Of a DNA stretch of 64,000 nucleotides, positions 11,905-22,436 are shown piece by piece. The notes beneath the pieces are model-generated. The model saw only the letters and a program-made list of their open reading frames with translations. It was not told the DNA's origin and made no database searches. Both the position numbers and the translations under genes were made by a program. This DNA comes from Gammaproteobacteria bacterium (GTDB taxonomy: Bacteria > Pseudomonadota > Gammaproteobacteria > UBA4575). The stretch lies in assembly GCA_965221955.1 (NCBI GenBank), contig CBDCTA010000029.1, positions 544,001 to 608,000 of the forward strand, read 5' to 3'. Within the stretch, counting starts at the first letter, position 1. Every line of letters starts with the position of its first letter.

Positions 11905-12028
11905 AAATGCGTATTTATGTCTCAATATGTCGTTGTTACAGTTTTTTCCAATGCTCATTTACAATCTAGTAAACTGCGCTTCTCAAAAACTGTGCGCCTA
12001 ATTTCGAGACAAAATCCACTATTTTCAG
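11901..12028 (+). repeat. ERIC-like element, copy R3 (128 bp, different TIR subfamily)
   Basis: Ends CTGAAAAT..TGTCTC / GAGACA..ATTTTCAG; core CGTT-ACAGTTTTT..GCTCATTTAC..GTAAACTGCGC..AAAAACTGT-GCCT; contains the fdx TGA. Confidence 0.75.
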
Positions 12029-12072
12029 CGCCCTTGTTGTAACAAAGTCTCATCATAGTCGAGGATGTAAAT

Positions 12073-12273
12073 ATGCAATTAAAATGGACGGATTCGTTGG
12101 ATATAGCCATCGCTTTAGATGAAGCACACCCTGATGTGGACCCTCAATATGTGAGGTATACGGACTTACATGCCTGGATTTGTGCCCTTGAGGAATTTGA
12201 TGATGAGCCTGAAGCTTCCAATGAAAAAATTCTCGAGGCGATTCAGATGGCCTGGTTGGATGAACGTGACTGA
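12073..12273 (+). CDS. iscX: Fe-S assembly protein IscX
   Basis: [13 protein letters not shown] and [12 protein letters not shown] motifs. Confidence 0.95.
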   Translation: MQLKWTDSLDIAIALDEAHPDVDPQYVRYTDLHAWICALEEFDDEPEASNEKILEAIQMAWLDERD

Positions 12274-12463
12274 TTGGCTATTTAGCCCCTCAGATAACTG
12301 GCATTTTTGCCTTCCTTTGCGAACCGCTAAAACATTGCTTCCTGCTGCTTGCTGGGAGTAGAATTCACTGAAAAATATAAGGAAAATTACGGATAAATCA
12401 ATCTGTAAGCCTTATAAGTTAGATTTCATATTAATTACAACAATTATCTAGGAACATATATTT

Positions 12464-12922
12464 ATGGCAATGGAACGCACACTGTCTATCATCAAACCAG
12501 ATGCAGTACTTAATAATGTGATTGGAGATGTTCAAGCACGAATAGAAAGTGCAGGGTTATCCATCATCGCCGTAAAGATGACGCGCTTAAGTAAAAAACA
12601 AGCAGCCTCATTTTATGAAATACATGAAGGAAAAGATTTTTACGAATACTTAATTAAATTTATGACCTCAGGTCCTGTAATTGTACAAGTGCTCGAAGGT
12701 GAAAATGCAATTAAGAACTATCGCAAAGTAATGGGTGCGACGATGTTTGGAAATGCAGAAAAAGGAACAATTAGAGAAAAGTATGCTACTTCAAATGCGC
12801 ACAATGCGGTACATGGTTCTGATTCACCTGAAAATGCCATACGTGAAATTGCTTTCTTTTTTCCTGAACGACAAATTTATCCAAGAAAAAATTATAAGTT
12901 AACTACAGACCCAAACGCATGA
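12464..12922 (+). CDS. ndk: Nucleoside diphosphate kinase
   Basis: [18 protein letters not shown] and NAVHGSDS (catalytic His); ndk-rlmN synteny. Confidence 0.94.
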   Translation: MAMERTLSIIKPDAVLNNVIGDVQARIESAGLSIIAVKMTRLSKKQAASFYEIHEGKDFYEYLIKFMTSGPVIVQVLEGENAIKNYRKVMGATMFGNAEKGTIREKYATSNAHNAVHGSDSPENAIREIAFFFPERQIYPRKNYKLTTDPNA

Positions 12923-14067
12923 ACTCTGTTGAAAAGAAATTTGTTAATCAAAACTTGATGGGTATGCCGCATCAAGATTTGGCACAATATTTTTCTGATC
13001 TGGGTGAAAAGTCATTTCGTGCCACGCAAATTATGAAGTGGACACATCAACACGGTATTACTGATTACGTGCAAATGACGAATCTTAGTAAGTCATTGCG
13101 TGATTGGTTAAGTGAAAATGCAATCATTCAACTACCTGAAATGTTGAATGAAGAAATTTCTACTGATGGTACGCGAAAATGGCTGCTACGTGTAAACGAA
13201 AAAAATGCTGTGGAGACGGTATACATTCCTGAAGAGGATAGAGCGACATTATGTGTTTCCTCACAGGCGGGTTGCACGTTGGATTGCACATTTTGTGCTA
13301 CCGCAAGACAGGGTTTTGCGGGAAATCTTACCTCAGCACAAATTATTGCCCAGCTTTGGTTTGCAGAGCATCGCTTACGTAAGCAACTGAATAAGCCAAG
13401 AGTCATCAGCAATATAGTATTTATGGGCATGGGCGAACCGTTGGCGAATTTTGATAATGTGGTGAAAGCCATAGATATCATGATGGATGACAACGCTTAC
13501 GGGTTAGGAAAACGCAAAGTCACAGTGAGCACATCTGGTATCGTGCCTAAAATGGATAAATTGCGTGAAGTGCTGGATGTTAGTTTAGCAGTATCATTAC
13601 ATGCGCCGAATGATGAAATTCGTAATCAGCTTGTGCCTTTAAACCGGCGTTATCCAATAAAAGAATTAATTGCAGCTTGTCATCGTTTTCTAGAAGACAA
13701 AAACCGCAAACACAGCATTACTTTTGAATATGTCATGTTGGATCAAGTCAATGATCAGCCTGAACATGCCAAGCAATTAATCAAAGTGATTAAGGGCTTA
13801 TCGTCAAAAGTGAACTTAATTCCTTTTAATGCATTTGAAAATTCTGGTTATCAACGTTCATCTGATCAAGCGATCGATACATTTAAAGAAATTTTACAAG
13901 CTGCAGATATAACTACGATTACACGTCGTCCCCGTGGCGAAGATATTGCAGCTGCTTGTGGGCAGTTAGCAGGAGATATTAAGGACCAAGTTAAACGCCA
14001 GCGTCATTATGAAAAACTATATGAAGCGGATCTTTTGAAACATAAGATCGAGGTCCAATACGTATGA
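12919..14067 (+). CDS. rlmN: Dual-specificity RNA methyltransferase RlmN
   Basis: [22 protein letters not shown] and DIAAACGQL motifs. Confidence 0.97.
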   Translation: MNSVEKKFVNQNLMGMPHQDLAQYFSDLGEKSFRATQIMKWTHQHGITDYVQMTNLSKSLRDWLSENAIIQLPEMLNEEISTDGTRKWLLRVNEKNAVETVYIPEEDRATLCVSSQAGCTLDCTFCATARQGFAGNLTSAQIIAQLWFAEHRLRKQLNKPRVISNIVFMGMGEPLANFDNVVKAIDIMMDDNAYGLGKRKVTVSTSGIVPKMDKLREVLDVSLAVSLHAPNDEIRNQLVPLNRRYPIKELIAACHRFLEDKNRKHSITFEYVMLDQVNDQPEHAKQLIKVIKGLSSKVNLIPFNAFENSGYQRSSDQAIDTFKEILQAADITTITRRPRGEDIAAACGQLAGDIKDQVKRQRHYEKLYEADLLKHKIEVQYV

Positions 14068-14840
14068 CGCTGCATAAGTTAATTTTGTTGAGCGTAATAG
14101 TGCTGATTTTATCTGCATGTGCGACCACTTCTAGCACAGATGAACCTCTGGGACAAAACCAAAAAGCTGCAGCAATTAATGTGCAGTTAGGCGTGAATTA
14201 TCTCGGCCAGGGCGAATTTGAGTTAGCAGATAAAAAATTACGTCGTGCTTTGAAACAAGATCCAAGTTCAGCAACTGCTCATTGGGTGTTTGCTTTGTTG
14301 CAGGAAAGACTGGGAGAAGAAGCTGTTGCAGAAAAACATTTTCGTAAAGCGATCTCTTTAGACCCTAAAGATTCTAAGGCGCATAACAATTATGGCACGT
14401 TCTTATGTAAGCAAGATCGGGTTGAAGAAGCAGAAAAAGAATTTCTTCGCGCGATTGAAAATCCTTTATACGCTGATGCAGCTTCTGCCTACGCAAATGC
14501 GGGTATTTGTGTTTTGAAAGTTCCGGATAAGGTAAAAGCGGAAGAATATTTTCAAAAGTCATTAGGCTTAAATGCTTCGCATCGTTCTGCTTTGTACCAA
14601 ATGGCATTGTTAACCTTTGAGCGTCAGGAGTTTGTGCAGACTTCATATTATATGCAGCGTTACGAGAGCGTAGCGAAACATAATTCCCAATCTCTGTGGG
14701 TCGCATATCAAACAGAGGCCAGTCTTGGTAACCAAGGTAAAGCAGACGACTATGCGCATCAGTTGAAAAGATTATATCCAGCTTCTCAGGAAGCGAGATT
14801 GTTAGCAGAAAGTTATTGGAATGCAGGAAGAAAAAATTAA
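14064..14840 (+). CDS. pilW: Type IV pilus biogenesis/stability TPR lipoprotein PilW (PilF)
   Basis: Lipobox LSAC, TPR repeats and NNYGTFLC; rlmN-pilW-rodZ synteny. Confidence 0.9.
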   Translation: MTLHKLILLSVIVLILSACATTSSTDEPLGQNQKAAAINVQLGVNYLGQGEFELADKKLRRALKQDPSSATAHWVFALLQERLGEEAVAEKHFRKAISLDPKDSKAHNNYGTFLCKQDRVEEAEKEFLRAIENPLYADAASAYANAGICVLKVPDKVKAEEYFQKSLGLNASHRSALYQMALLTFERQEFVQTSYYMQRYESVAKHNSQSLWVAYQTEASLGNQGKADDYAHQLKRLYPASQEARLLAESYWNAGRKN

Positions 14841-15759
14841 TTTCGAGACACAAGAGTCGGCTAAAAAGTCGATTGAAAAAAGCGTAAGTATCGGCGCTTT
14901 GCTCGTGAACGCGCGTAAAGCTGCTTCATTAAGTCAAGTCGATGTTGCTGAACAAATAAATTTACCTTTGCGTATTGTAAAGGCGCTTGAAGCGGATGAT
15001 TTTGATAACTTACCAGAAGCTACTTATATCCGTGGTTATTTGCGCAACTATGCACGTATTGTTGGAATCAATGCAGATCTATTAATTAACACTTTTAAAG
15101 AACAGCATCATCAAGAGCCTGAGGTGATTACTCCAATACGCTCTAAACAAAGTTATGATCCTGCAATACTATGGAGCACGGCCGCAGTATTTACTATTCT
15201 TGTTGGTTTAGTGGTTACATGGTGGTTTGAATCTAATCCTGTAACTACACCGAGTGTTGAACTTGTTAGTAATGAAAGTACTGCGAAAACGAATACTGAG
15301 ATGAAGCAGGATTTTAAGCACCCTCTCGGTAGTAAAGATGAGTCGGCAGTAGCTGAAGTCCATGATGAACTCCCAGTGCCGATGATTGATCACCAAACAT
15401 CAGAAATGAATAATCCCAGCGTTGTTGATGTCATCACTGAAGATCAGCAACAAGCGATGGAAGATGAATCACGTAACCCTAATCTGGTGAGTCTAAATGA
15501 TGGTGCGCAGATGCTTACTGTCACCTATGTAGAAAAAAGTTGGACAGAAATCAGAGATGCCGATGCAAATACCCTTATGCAAGGTTTGATTGAGCCCGGA
15601 GTCGTGAGAAACTTAAGAGGAAAGCCGCCTTTTGAGGTTTTTCTTGGTAATGCACCCGGCGTAGTAATAGAAGTTAATGGGCTCTATTTTGATCATTCGC
15701 AATATAATAGAAGTAATCGCACAGCACGATTTCAGGTATCGAGCAGCTCACCCAATTAA
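14821..15759 (+). CDS. rodZ: Cytoskeleton protein RodZ
   Basis: N-terminal HTH (YIRGYLRNYAR), single TM helix and C-terminal SWTEIRDA...LGNAPGV domain. Confidence 0.9.
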   Translation: MQEEKINFETQESAKKSIEKSVSIGALLVNARKAASLSQVDVAEQINLPLRIVKALEADDFDNLPEATYIRGYLRNYARIVGINADLLINTFKEQHHQEPEVITPIRSKQSYDPAILWSTAAVFTILVGLVVTWWFESNPVTTPSVELVSNESTAKTNTEMKQDFKHPLGSKDESAVAEVHDELPVPMIDHQTSEMNNPSVVDVITEDQQQAMEDESRNPNLVSLNDGAQMLTVTYVEKSWTEIRDADANTLMQGLIEPGVVRNLRGKPPFEVFLGNAPGVVIEVNGLYFDHSQYNRSNRTARFQVSSSSPN

Positions 15760-15782
15760 ATTATTCTTTGCAGAGCCACTCA

Positions 15783-16032
15783 AAGAGGCTCTGATTTATT
15801 AATGCAATGGCTGATATTAGGCAAAAAATGTCGACAAATCTGCCAGGAGCAGATTTGGAAAGCTATGCTAGCCAAAGGCCGAGCGCCAGGAAGGTGCGAG
15901 TCAAATAAGCAATATGTATTGATTTATACATTAGCGATTTGATCAGTTTTTGCTACTGCAAAACTGGTATACAGTACTTCCATATACATAAGATCATTTT
16001 TAACAACATATCAGAATAAATCAGAGTTTCTT
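15783..16032 (-). repeat. ERIC-like element, copy R4 (250 bp, inverted), carrying module A (15835-15903) and module B (15943-15991)
   Basis: TIRs AAGAGGCTCTGATTTATT / AATAAATCAGAGTTTCTT (16/18); removing the two inserts restores a sequence collinear with the reverse complement of R2. Confidence 0.85.
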
Positions 16033-16038
16033 CCAATA

Positions 16039-17328
16039 ATGTCTAAGCGAATACAATCCATTCGCGGCATGCACGACGTGCTGCCGCCAGACAGTAATAA
16101 GTTACGTGCCATCGAGCATGCTACTCAGGATATTTTACAGCAATATGGGTATCAAGAAATTCGCATGCCTATATTGGAACAAACAGAACTGTTTAAACGT
16201 TCGCTGGGTGAAGTAACAGATATCGTAGAAAAAGAAATGTACACTTTCGAAGATCGCAATGGCGATAGCCTAACTTTGCGTCCTGAAGGTACTGCTAGTT
16301 GCGTGCGTGCTGGGATTCAACATGGATTTATTTACGGTCAACCGCAAAGACTTTGGTATTGCGGACCATTTTTTAGACACGAACGTCCACAAAAAGGACG
16401 TTATCGACAATTTCACCAGCTTGGTGTGGAAACTTTTGGCTATGTTGGTCCTGATATTGATGCAGAGTTAATTATATTAAGTGCACAGATGTGGAAGAAA
16501 ATTAATCTTCCCATGCAACCAAAGTTAGAAATTAATAGCTTAGGTTCGTTACAAGCTCGAAAAAGTTATCGTGAAAAGCTCATTCATTACTTGCAGCAAC
16601 ATGAAGATAAGCTAGATAAAGAAGCGCGACAACGTTTACAAACCAATCCAATGCGAATTCTGGATAGTAAAAATCCTGACATGCAAGAGATCATTCAAAA
16701 TGCGCCGAGTCTTTTAGAACACTTGGATGTTGAATCTGCTGAGCATTTTTTACAGTTGCAAAAAATATTAGATACAGTAGGTATTGAATATCAAATTAAT
16801 CCACGCTTAGTGCGTGGTTTAGATTATTACAGTAAAACTGTATTTGAATGGATCGCAGATGGCTTAGGTGCACAAGCGACTATTTGTGCAGGCGGCCGTT
16901 ATGATGGATTGGTAGAGCAGTTGGGAGGCAAGCCCTGTCCCGCAGCGGGTTTTGCGATTGGTTTAGAGCGATTGGCTTCACTGCTAGAGGATAATCAAGC
17001 AGGGGATCAATTATCTAGTTCTTCAATAGATGTTTATATGGTCCTGATGGGCGAAGCGGCTGAAATTGCAGGTACTCAACTAGCCAGTCAGTTACGCAGC
17101 CAGCTGCCCACCTCTTCTGTGATAACAAATTGTGGTGGCGGTAGTATAAAATCACAAATGAAGCGAGCCGATAAGTCCCATGCAAGGCTGGCTTTTATTT
17201 TGGGCGAAGATGAATTGAAAGATCAAAATGTCACAGTGAAATTCTTGCGCGAAAAACGTGAGCAAGAAACTGTGGCACAAAATGAGTTAGCTGCTTTTTT
17301 GACAGCTTATCTTAGCAATAAACCTTAA
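16039..17328 (+). CDS. hisS: Histidine--tRNA ligase
   Basis: LRPEGTA, RHERPQKGRYRQFHQ, LVRGLDYY and GGRYDGL motifs. Confidence 0.98.
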   Translation: MSKRIQSIRGMHDVLPPDSNKLRAIEHATQDILQQYGYQEIRMPILEQTELFKRSLGEVTDIVEKEMYTFEDRNGDSLTLRPEGTASCVRAGIQHGFIYGQPQRLWYCGPFFRHERPQKGRYRQFHQLGVETFGYVGPDIDAELIILSAQMWKKINLPMQPKLEINSLGSLQARKSYREKLIHYLQQHEDKLDKEARQRLQTNPMRILDSKNPDMQEIIQNAPSLLEHLDVESAEHFLQLQKILDTVGIEYQINPRLVRGLDYYSKTVFEWIADGLGAQATICAGGRYDGLVEQLGGKPCPAAGFAIGLERLASLLEDNQAGDQLSSSSIDVYMVLMGEAAEIAGTQLASQLRSQLPTSSVITNCGGGSIKSQMKRADKSHARLAFILGEDELKDQNVTVKFLREKREQETVAQNELAAFLTAYLSNKP

Positions 17329-17348
17329 GGATATATAAGAGAAACGAC

Positions 17349-17996
17349 ATGGCCGAGTACGAAACGGAAGAACAACAAGTTGAAGCGATTAAAGAGTGGT
17401 GGAAACAGAATGGAGTAGCAGTGATTAGTGGTGCAGTGTTAGGTATTGCTGCGTTAGTCGGTTGGCGTGGATGGGGCTGGCATCAAGAAAAACAAGCTAA
17501 TGAGGCTTCTGATATTTTTGCAGTAGTTCATGAAGCGATTAATAAAATTGACACAACTGCATTAACCGAACAAGCTAAAATTTTACGTGAAAATTATGCT
17601 TCAACACCTTATGCATCTTTGGCTGTATTACACGAAGCAAAAATACAAAACGATAAAGGTGATAATACAGCTGCAGAAGAAAGTTTGCGCTGGGTGCTAA
17701 AAAATAGCAAACAAGACAGTGTACAAGACATTGCACGTTTGCGTTTAGCACGCTTACTACTTGCAGAAAATAAAATTGATGAAGCACAAACGATGGTGAA
17801 CGCAAGTACGTCTGAGGCCTATGCATCATTAGCAAACGAAATTCGTGGTGACATTTTTGTTGCTAAAGGGGAACTTGACCAGGCTAAAAAAGCTTATGAT
17901 CAAGCAATGCAATCTGCGAGCGGTAGTGGAGTCGAGTTTTTGGAATTAAAACGTAACGATTTAGGTATTTCTTCTGGAACGCAGCATGATACTTAA
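17349..17996 (+). CDS. yfgM: Ancillary SecYEG subunit YfgM (TPR)
   Basis: YETEEQQVEAIKEWW, TM helix and ARLRLARL; hisS-yfgM-bamB synteny. Confidence 0.92.
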   Translation: MAEYETEEQQVEAIKEWWKQNGVAVISGAVLGIAALVGWRGWGWHQEKQANEASDIFAVVHEAINKIDTTALTEQAKILRENYASTPYASLAVLHEAKIQNDKGDNTAAEESLRWVLKNSKQDSVQDIARLRLARLLLAENKIDEAQTMVNASTSEAYASLANEIRGDIFVAKGELDQAKKAYDQAMQSASGSGVEFLELKRNDLGISSGTQHDT

Positions 17997-19173
17997 TAAA
18001 AGTATCAAGATTATCTTCATTTTATTTCTTGCAAGCTGTTTACAGCTTGCGGGTTGTAGTGTGCTTAAAAAACCGAAAGAGTGGTTTGAAAAAGAAGAGG
18101 ATCCAAGAGAGCCAACAAAACTTACTAAAATTGAAACTGAAAAAATCAGTGTTCAGCAAGTTTGGCGGAACTCAGTTGGTAATCTAGAAGAATCCTACAA
18201 CAAGATTCGCCCGTACATCACTGATCAACGCGTATATCTTTGTGATGCTGAAGGTCGTGTAGAAGCTTGGAAACGTGAAGATGGAAAGCGTTTATGGTCG
18301 ATAAATCTGAAAGAAAATATTTCTGGTGGTGTGAATGGTGGTGAAGGAATTATTGCTATAGGCACTGAAAATGGAGAAGTGATCGCGCTGGGTGCTGAAG
18401 ATGGTGTAGAACGCTGGCGAGCTAAAGTACCTAGTGAAGTAATGTCACTGTCAGAAGCAAAGTATGGTGTTATTGCAGTGCGTACCAATGACAGCAAAGT
18501 GCATGCATTGGAATTAAACTCTGGTAATGTCAGCTGGAGTGCTGGTAGAGGGGCGCCGCCCTTAACATTGCGTGGTGCGAGTCAACCTAAAGTAGTAGGA
18601 GATGTAGTATTAGTAGGTTTTGATGATGGCAAGCTCATGGCTATAAGCCTTCGTGATGGTGAGCCTTTGTGGGAGGTGTCAGTTTCAACACCAAAAGGGC
18701 GTTCTGAGCTCGAACGCATGTCAGATGTTGATGGTGAATTTGCTTATCTAGATGGTATTGTGTTTGCGGCAAGTTTCAACGGTCGTGTGGTTGCCATTGA
18801 CTTAGACACAGGAAAAACATTATGGAGCAAAGATCTTTCTTCTTATGCGGGTTTAGGGGTGGATAGAGAACGAGTGTACGTAACCGATTCTGATGACAGT
18901 GTTTGGGGTTTAGATATTTCTTCAGGTGCAACATTATGGCGGCAAGATAAACTCTTGTATAGAGAACTTACTGCTCCGCAAGTAATGGGTAACTACGTTA
19001 TGACTTGTGATTTCAAAGGCTATTGTCATTGGTTGTCTAAAGAAGATGGGAAAATTATTGGTCGCGATGATATTGCTGGAGATGCTATCGAAGTGGCACC
19101 TGTGGTTATCAATCAGCGTGCTTACGTATTAGCAAACAACGGCTCACTTTCAGTTCTGCAATACCGAAAGTAA
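17986..19173 (+). CDS. bamB: Outer membrane assembly lipoprotein BamB
   Basis: Lipobox LAGC, PQQ-type propeller repeats and GRSELERMSDVD. Confidence 0.94.
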   Translation: MILNKSIKIIFILFLASCLQLAGCSVLKKPKEWFEKEEDPREPTKLTKIETEKISVQQVWRNSVGNLEESYNKIRPYITDQRVYLCDAEGRVEAWKREDGKRLWSINLKENISGGVNGGEGIIAIGTENGEVIALGAEDGVERWRAKVPSEVMSLSEAKYGVIAVRTNDSKVHALELNSGNVSWSAGRGAPPLTLRGASQPKVVGDVVLVGFDDGKLMAISLRDGEPLWEVSVSTPKGRSELERMSDVDGEFAYLDGIVFAASFNGRVVAIDLDTGKTLWSKDLSSYAGLGVDRERVYVTDSDDSVWGLDISSGATLWRQDKLLYRELTAPQVMGNYVMTCDFKGYCHWLSKEDGKIIGRDDIAGDAIEVAPVVINQRAYVLANNGSLSVLQYRK

Positions 19174-19207
19174 TTGCTAATTTTTATTTACCTACGAGTG
19201 TTTAGCT

Positions 19208-20617
19208 ATGAAACCTGTCATTGCACTAGTGGGTCGCCCCAATGTTGGTAAATCAACTTTATTTAATTATCTCACCAAATCTAATCGAGCATTAGTTGCA
19301 GACCAACCAGGTCTCACGCGTGATCGTATTTACGGTATAACTCGGCGTTTCGATGATCGTTACATCGTAATTGATACCGGCGGGATTGCACCGCCAGATG
19401 ATTCCAAAGATCAAGACAGAATGAATCTTGCGATTAGCAACCAAGCATGGATGGCAATTGAAGAGGCGGACTTTGTTTGTTTTCTTGTGGACGGTACGGA
19501 AGGTTTAGTGCCTCAAGATGAAGAAGTATTTTCTAAGCTTAGATCGGCAAATAAGAAAACCGTAGTTTTGGTGAACAAGGCCGATGCCGGTGCGCATAAT
19601 ATGCTGTCTAGTGATTTTTATTCGCTTGGCGCAGAGCAAGTCTATGAGATTTCAGCCAAATCTGGGAAGGGTGTAAGAGACGTATTCAGTAAATTAGATG
19701 AGCAAATTCCGCCTATAGAGGAAGTTGCTGAAGAAGAAGGTGAAGCAAAAGTAATTAAAGTTGCTTTGGTGGGTCGTCCAAATGTAGGGAAATCAACCTT
19801 AGCGAATGCATTGATAGGAGAAGAGCGTTTTGTTACTTCCAATATTCCTGGTACCACACGCGATAGTATTTCGGTGCGCATCGAAAAATTTGGAACACAG
19901 TTTGAGTTAATTGATACTGCAGGTGTTCGTCGACGCAGTAAAGTGCAGGACATGGTAGAAAAATTCAGTGTCGTAAAAACCATTCAAGCCATAGAGGATG
20001 CACACGTTGTTATTTTAATGTTAGATGGCACACAAGAGTTTGCGGAACAAGATGCAAGGTTAGCAGGCATGGTATTAGAAAGTGGGCGTGCAGTAGTGGT
20101 GGCAATAAATAAAACTGACATCAGTTCTAACGAAGATCGCAAGGAGATTCAAAAGGGCTTTGATCTGAAATTACGCTTTTTAGAATATGCAGAAAAGTTG
20201 TTTATTTCAGCTAAAAACAAAGAAGGTGTGACTAAATTACTACGTGCCGCTGTGCGGGCATACAAGTCTGCAAATATAGAAGTGAGTACTGCAGAAATAA
20301 ACCGAATATTAGAAAATGCTCTTGAAAGCTTTCAGCCGCCATTAGTGCGAGGGCGAAGAATTAAACTGAAATATGCAGCGCAAGTAGGCACGAATCCGCC
20401 TACGATTGCTATTCATGGTAATCAAATCGGCAGAATCCCGGGCTCTTATAAGCGCTATCTTGAAAACTACTTTCGCAAAACATTAAAACTAGTCGGCACA
20501 CCAATTTTATTAGTATTCAAACAGCCTGATAACCCTTATGCAGGTAAACGCAATAAACTCACACCAAGACAAGAACGTTCTAGAAAACGCATGCTGAAAA
20601 AAGTGAAGCGTAATTGA
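19208..20617 (+). CDS. der: Ribosome biogenesis GTPase Der
   Basis: Two GRPNVGKS P-loops, DTGG/DTAG and a KH-like C-terminus. Confidence 0.98.
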   Translation: MKPVIALVGRPNVGKSTLFNYLTKSNRALVADQPGLTRDRIYGITRRFDDRYIVIDTGGIAPPDDSKDQDRMNLAISNQAWMAIEEADFVCFLVDGTEGLVPQDEEVFSKLRSANKKTVVLVNKADAGAHNMLSSDFYSLGAEQVYEISAKSGKGVRDVFSKLDEQIPPIEEVAEEEGEAKVIKVALVGRPNVGKSTLANALIGEERFVTSNIPGTTRDSISVRIEKFGTQFELIDTAGVRRRSKVQDMVEKFSVVKTIQAIEDAHVVILMLDGTQEFAEQDARLAGMVLESGRAVVVAINKTDISSNEDRKEIQKGFDLKLRFLEYAEKLFISAKNKEGVTKLLRAAVRAYKSANIEVSTAEINRILENALESFQPPLVRGRRIKLKYAAQVGTNPPTIAIHGNQIGRIPGSYKRYLENYFRKTLKLVGTPILLVFKQPDNPYAGKRNKLTPRQERSRKRMLKKVKRN

Positions 20618-20657
20618 AATAAATAATGTTTAACTGGCTAAATAATAAAATAGCTGC

Positions 20658-21362
20658 TTACAAGCCAAACTTAGGCAATATGATTTGTAAATACAAATCT
20701 GCAATTTTTTGATGACCGTCATTATTGGGATGAAAACCATCTTTTTTGCTGACTAGCATATCGCCAGGTTGGGCTTTGAAAAAATCTACAATAGGTACAT
20801 TATATTTTTGTGCTTGGCGCGTGATGGCTTGATTGAAAGCAGCTACTCGTTCAACTGTCACATCTCGATCTGGGTCTTCTCTAAATTTTTTAATTTGTGT
20901 TAAGTCTGGAAGATTCATGATCACTACAAATGCATTACTTTTGCTGCGCAAGCGACTTAGAATGTAAGCAAGATCTTCTTCAAATTCATCCACATCATTA
21001 CCGCCAATTAAATCATTTGCACCGGTCCAGATAGTGACTAGATTAATTTCTGTATCACGTTTGAGTGCTGCTTTTGCAGTTTTCTTAATTGCGGGAATAT
21101 CTGCAGTGGGAATACCGAGATTAAGCAAATTTACTTTTCTGCCACGATCTTCGAATCCGTCTTTAATCCGGTATACATAGCCGCGAGTGATGGGTTCAGC
21201 GCCTATGCCAAAGGCATCACTTGCACCTAGGGCAACATAGTTAACCGGTGGTAAATCATTCGCTGGACCTTGTTTGATATCGTCATCATCGGAGCTGCTG
21301 GCACAGCTTGCGATCAAAAGAACGCTGACAACTGGAATGAGCAAAGATCGTAATTTTTTCAT
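20658..21362 (-). CDS. SGNH/GDSL hydrolase lipoprotein
   Basis: Lipobox IASC; YVALGASD (block I), GAND (block III) and DGFHPN (block V). Confidence 0.85.
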   Translation of the reverse strand: MKKLRSLLIPVVSVLLIASCASSSDDDDIKQGPANDLPPVNYVALGASDAFGIGAEPITRGYVYRIKDGFEDRGRKVNLLNLGIPTADIPAIKKTAKAALKRDTEINLVTIWTGANDLIGGNDVDEFEEDLAYILSRLRSKSNAFVVIMNLPDLTQIKKFREDPDRDVTVERVAAFNQAITRQAQKYNVPIVDFFKAQPGDMLVSKKDGFHPNNDGHQKIADLYLQIILPKFGL

Positions 21363-21485
21363 AATAGCCCCTGGGAGAAGTGTTTCTATTATATATGTGT
21401 CAAACCACCACGTGGGTGATTATCTAGAAGTGGACTATATAGGAGTGTGAAAATTCAGAAAATTTTCACCTTTGTAGCAACAACT

Positions 21486-21866
21486 TTATTCGGTTTGTGA
21501 TTTATTCAGCATGATTTTTGCGTTATGCATGCGCTTATAAAGAGGAGCGCATTCGGGAAGTACGGTATCGGTAAATTCTTGCCTAGACATTTTATGGTCG
21601 GAGGCATATTTTTTAACAAGCTTTATATACATATCGCAAATCGCGATTTCGTTCTGATAGTTTTTTTCTTTTCTTGATAATACTGCTGCTTGTTCAAAAT
21701 ATTTGGGCGCTGGCATGATACCGGTATCTAGAGATTTTTCAATTTCGCCTCTGCAACAATCCACAACTGTATTGATATCCGTTTCATCTGGATTTTTTGA
21801 TTGAGTCTGTAAAGTTTTTAATGGAATTATTTTTTGGATAATAGTACTTAGCTTTTCCGTAGCCAT
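21486..21866 (-). CDS. Hypothetical protein (helical, TPR-like PAPxYF...RKEKNYxxEIAIC segment)
   Basis: 126 aa ORF with upstream AGGA RBS; family not recognised with certainty. Confidence 0.6.
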   Translation of the reverse strand: MATEKLSTIIQKIIPLKTLQTQSKNPDETDINTVVDCCRGEIEKSLDTGIMPAPKYFEQAAVLSRKEKNYQNEIAICDMYIKLVKKYASDHKMSRQEFTDTVLPECAPLYKRMHNAKIMLNKSQTE

Positions 21867-22074
21867 CGTGTGTTCCTTTCAGATGTTAGGAATATATTCG
21901 TACAAAAGAATATGGCTGCGTAGGTTATCCCGATAGACGGACCGTTAGATTGTATGAAATTCTAATGGGTTCAATGAATTTTAATTATTGATTTTTGTAA
22001 GTAATAACGTTTTTTATTGCGTTAAATGTAACGAATGAAAGTGAATAAAAATTAATTGACTGAGATTGAATGAG

Positions 22075-22272
22075 TTACTCGAGTTTATTTACGAGTCGGT
22101 ATGCGCCAATCAGAATTCCAAAGCCAACATATAAACCTAATAAAGAAATAAATAATAACAAGCCCATTTCGAAGGGAAGCAGACGTGTTTTAACAGCATA
22201 GAACAAACCAAATACCGCGCATACGAATAACATCATGGCGGCAAAGACTAAAAATACTTTTTTCTTGTTCAA
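22075..22272 (-). CDS. Small two-TM membrane protein
   Basis: 65 aa with two hydrophobic helices; TTG start. Confidence 0.55.
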   Translation of the reverse strand: MNKKKVFLVFAAMMLFVCAVFGLFYAVKTRLLPFEMGLLLFISLLGLYVGFGILIGAYRLVNKLE

Positions 22273-22392
22273 AGTAAGGGGCCTTTTGGCATATTGATGG
22301 AAGATTTCATTTTACAGGTCTCATCCTAATTCACATGTAGGATTCAGTACCTAATAAAATCAACAAGTTAGGAGCAGGCCGCTCTAGATATG

Positions 22393-22436
22393 TTGTAAAT
22401 ATTACAAATATATTTATAATGATGTAAATACATCAT
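22393..22436 (+). promoter_or_regulatory. Promoter/operator of the TA operon
   Basis: TTGTAA-N16-TATAAT overlapped by the palindromes TTGTAAATATTACAA and ATGATGTAAATACATCAT; AGGAG RBS follows. Confidence 0.6.

Noticed and set aside
12274-12463. Possible sRNA or GGA module between iscX and ndk
   Set aside because: Only one weak CAGGAAG on the minus strand, with no match to modules A, B or C and no terminator.
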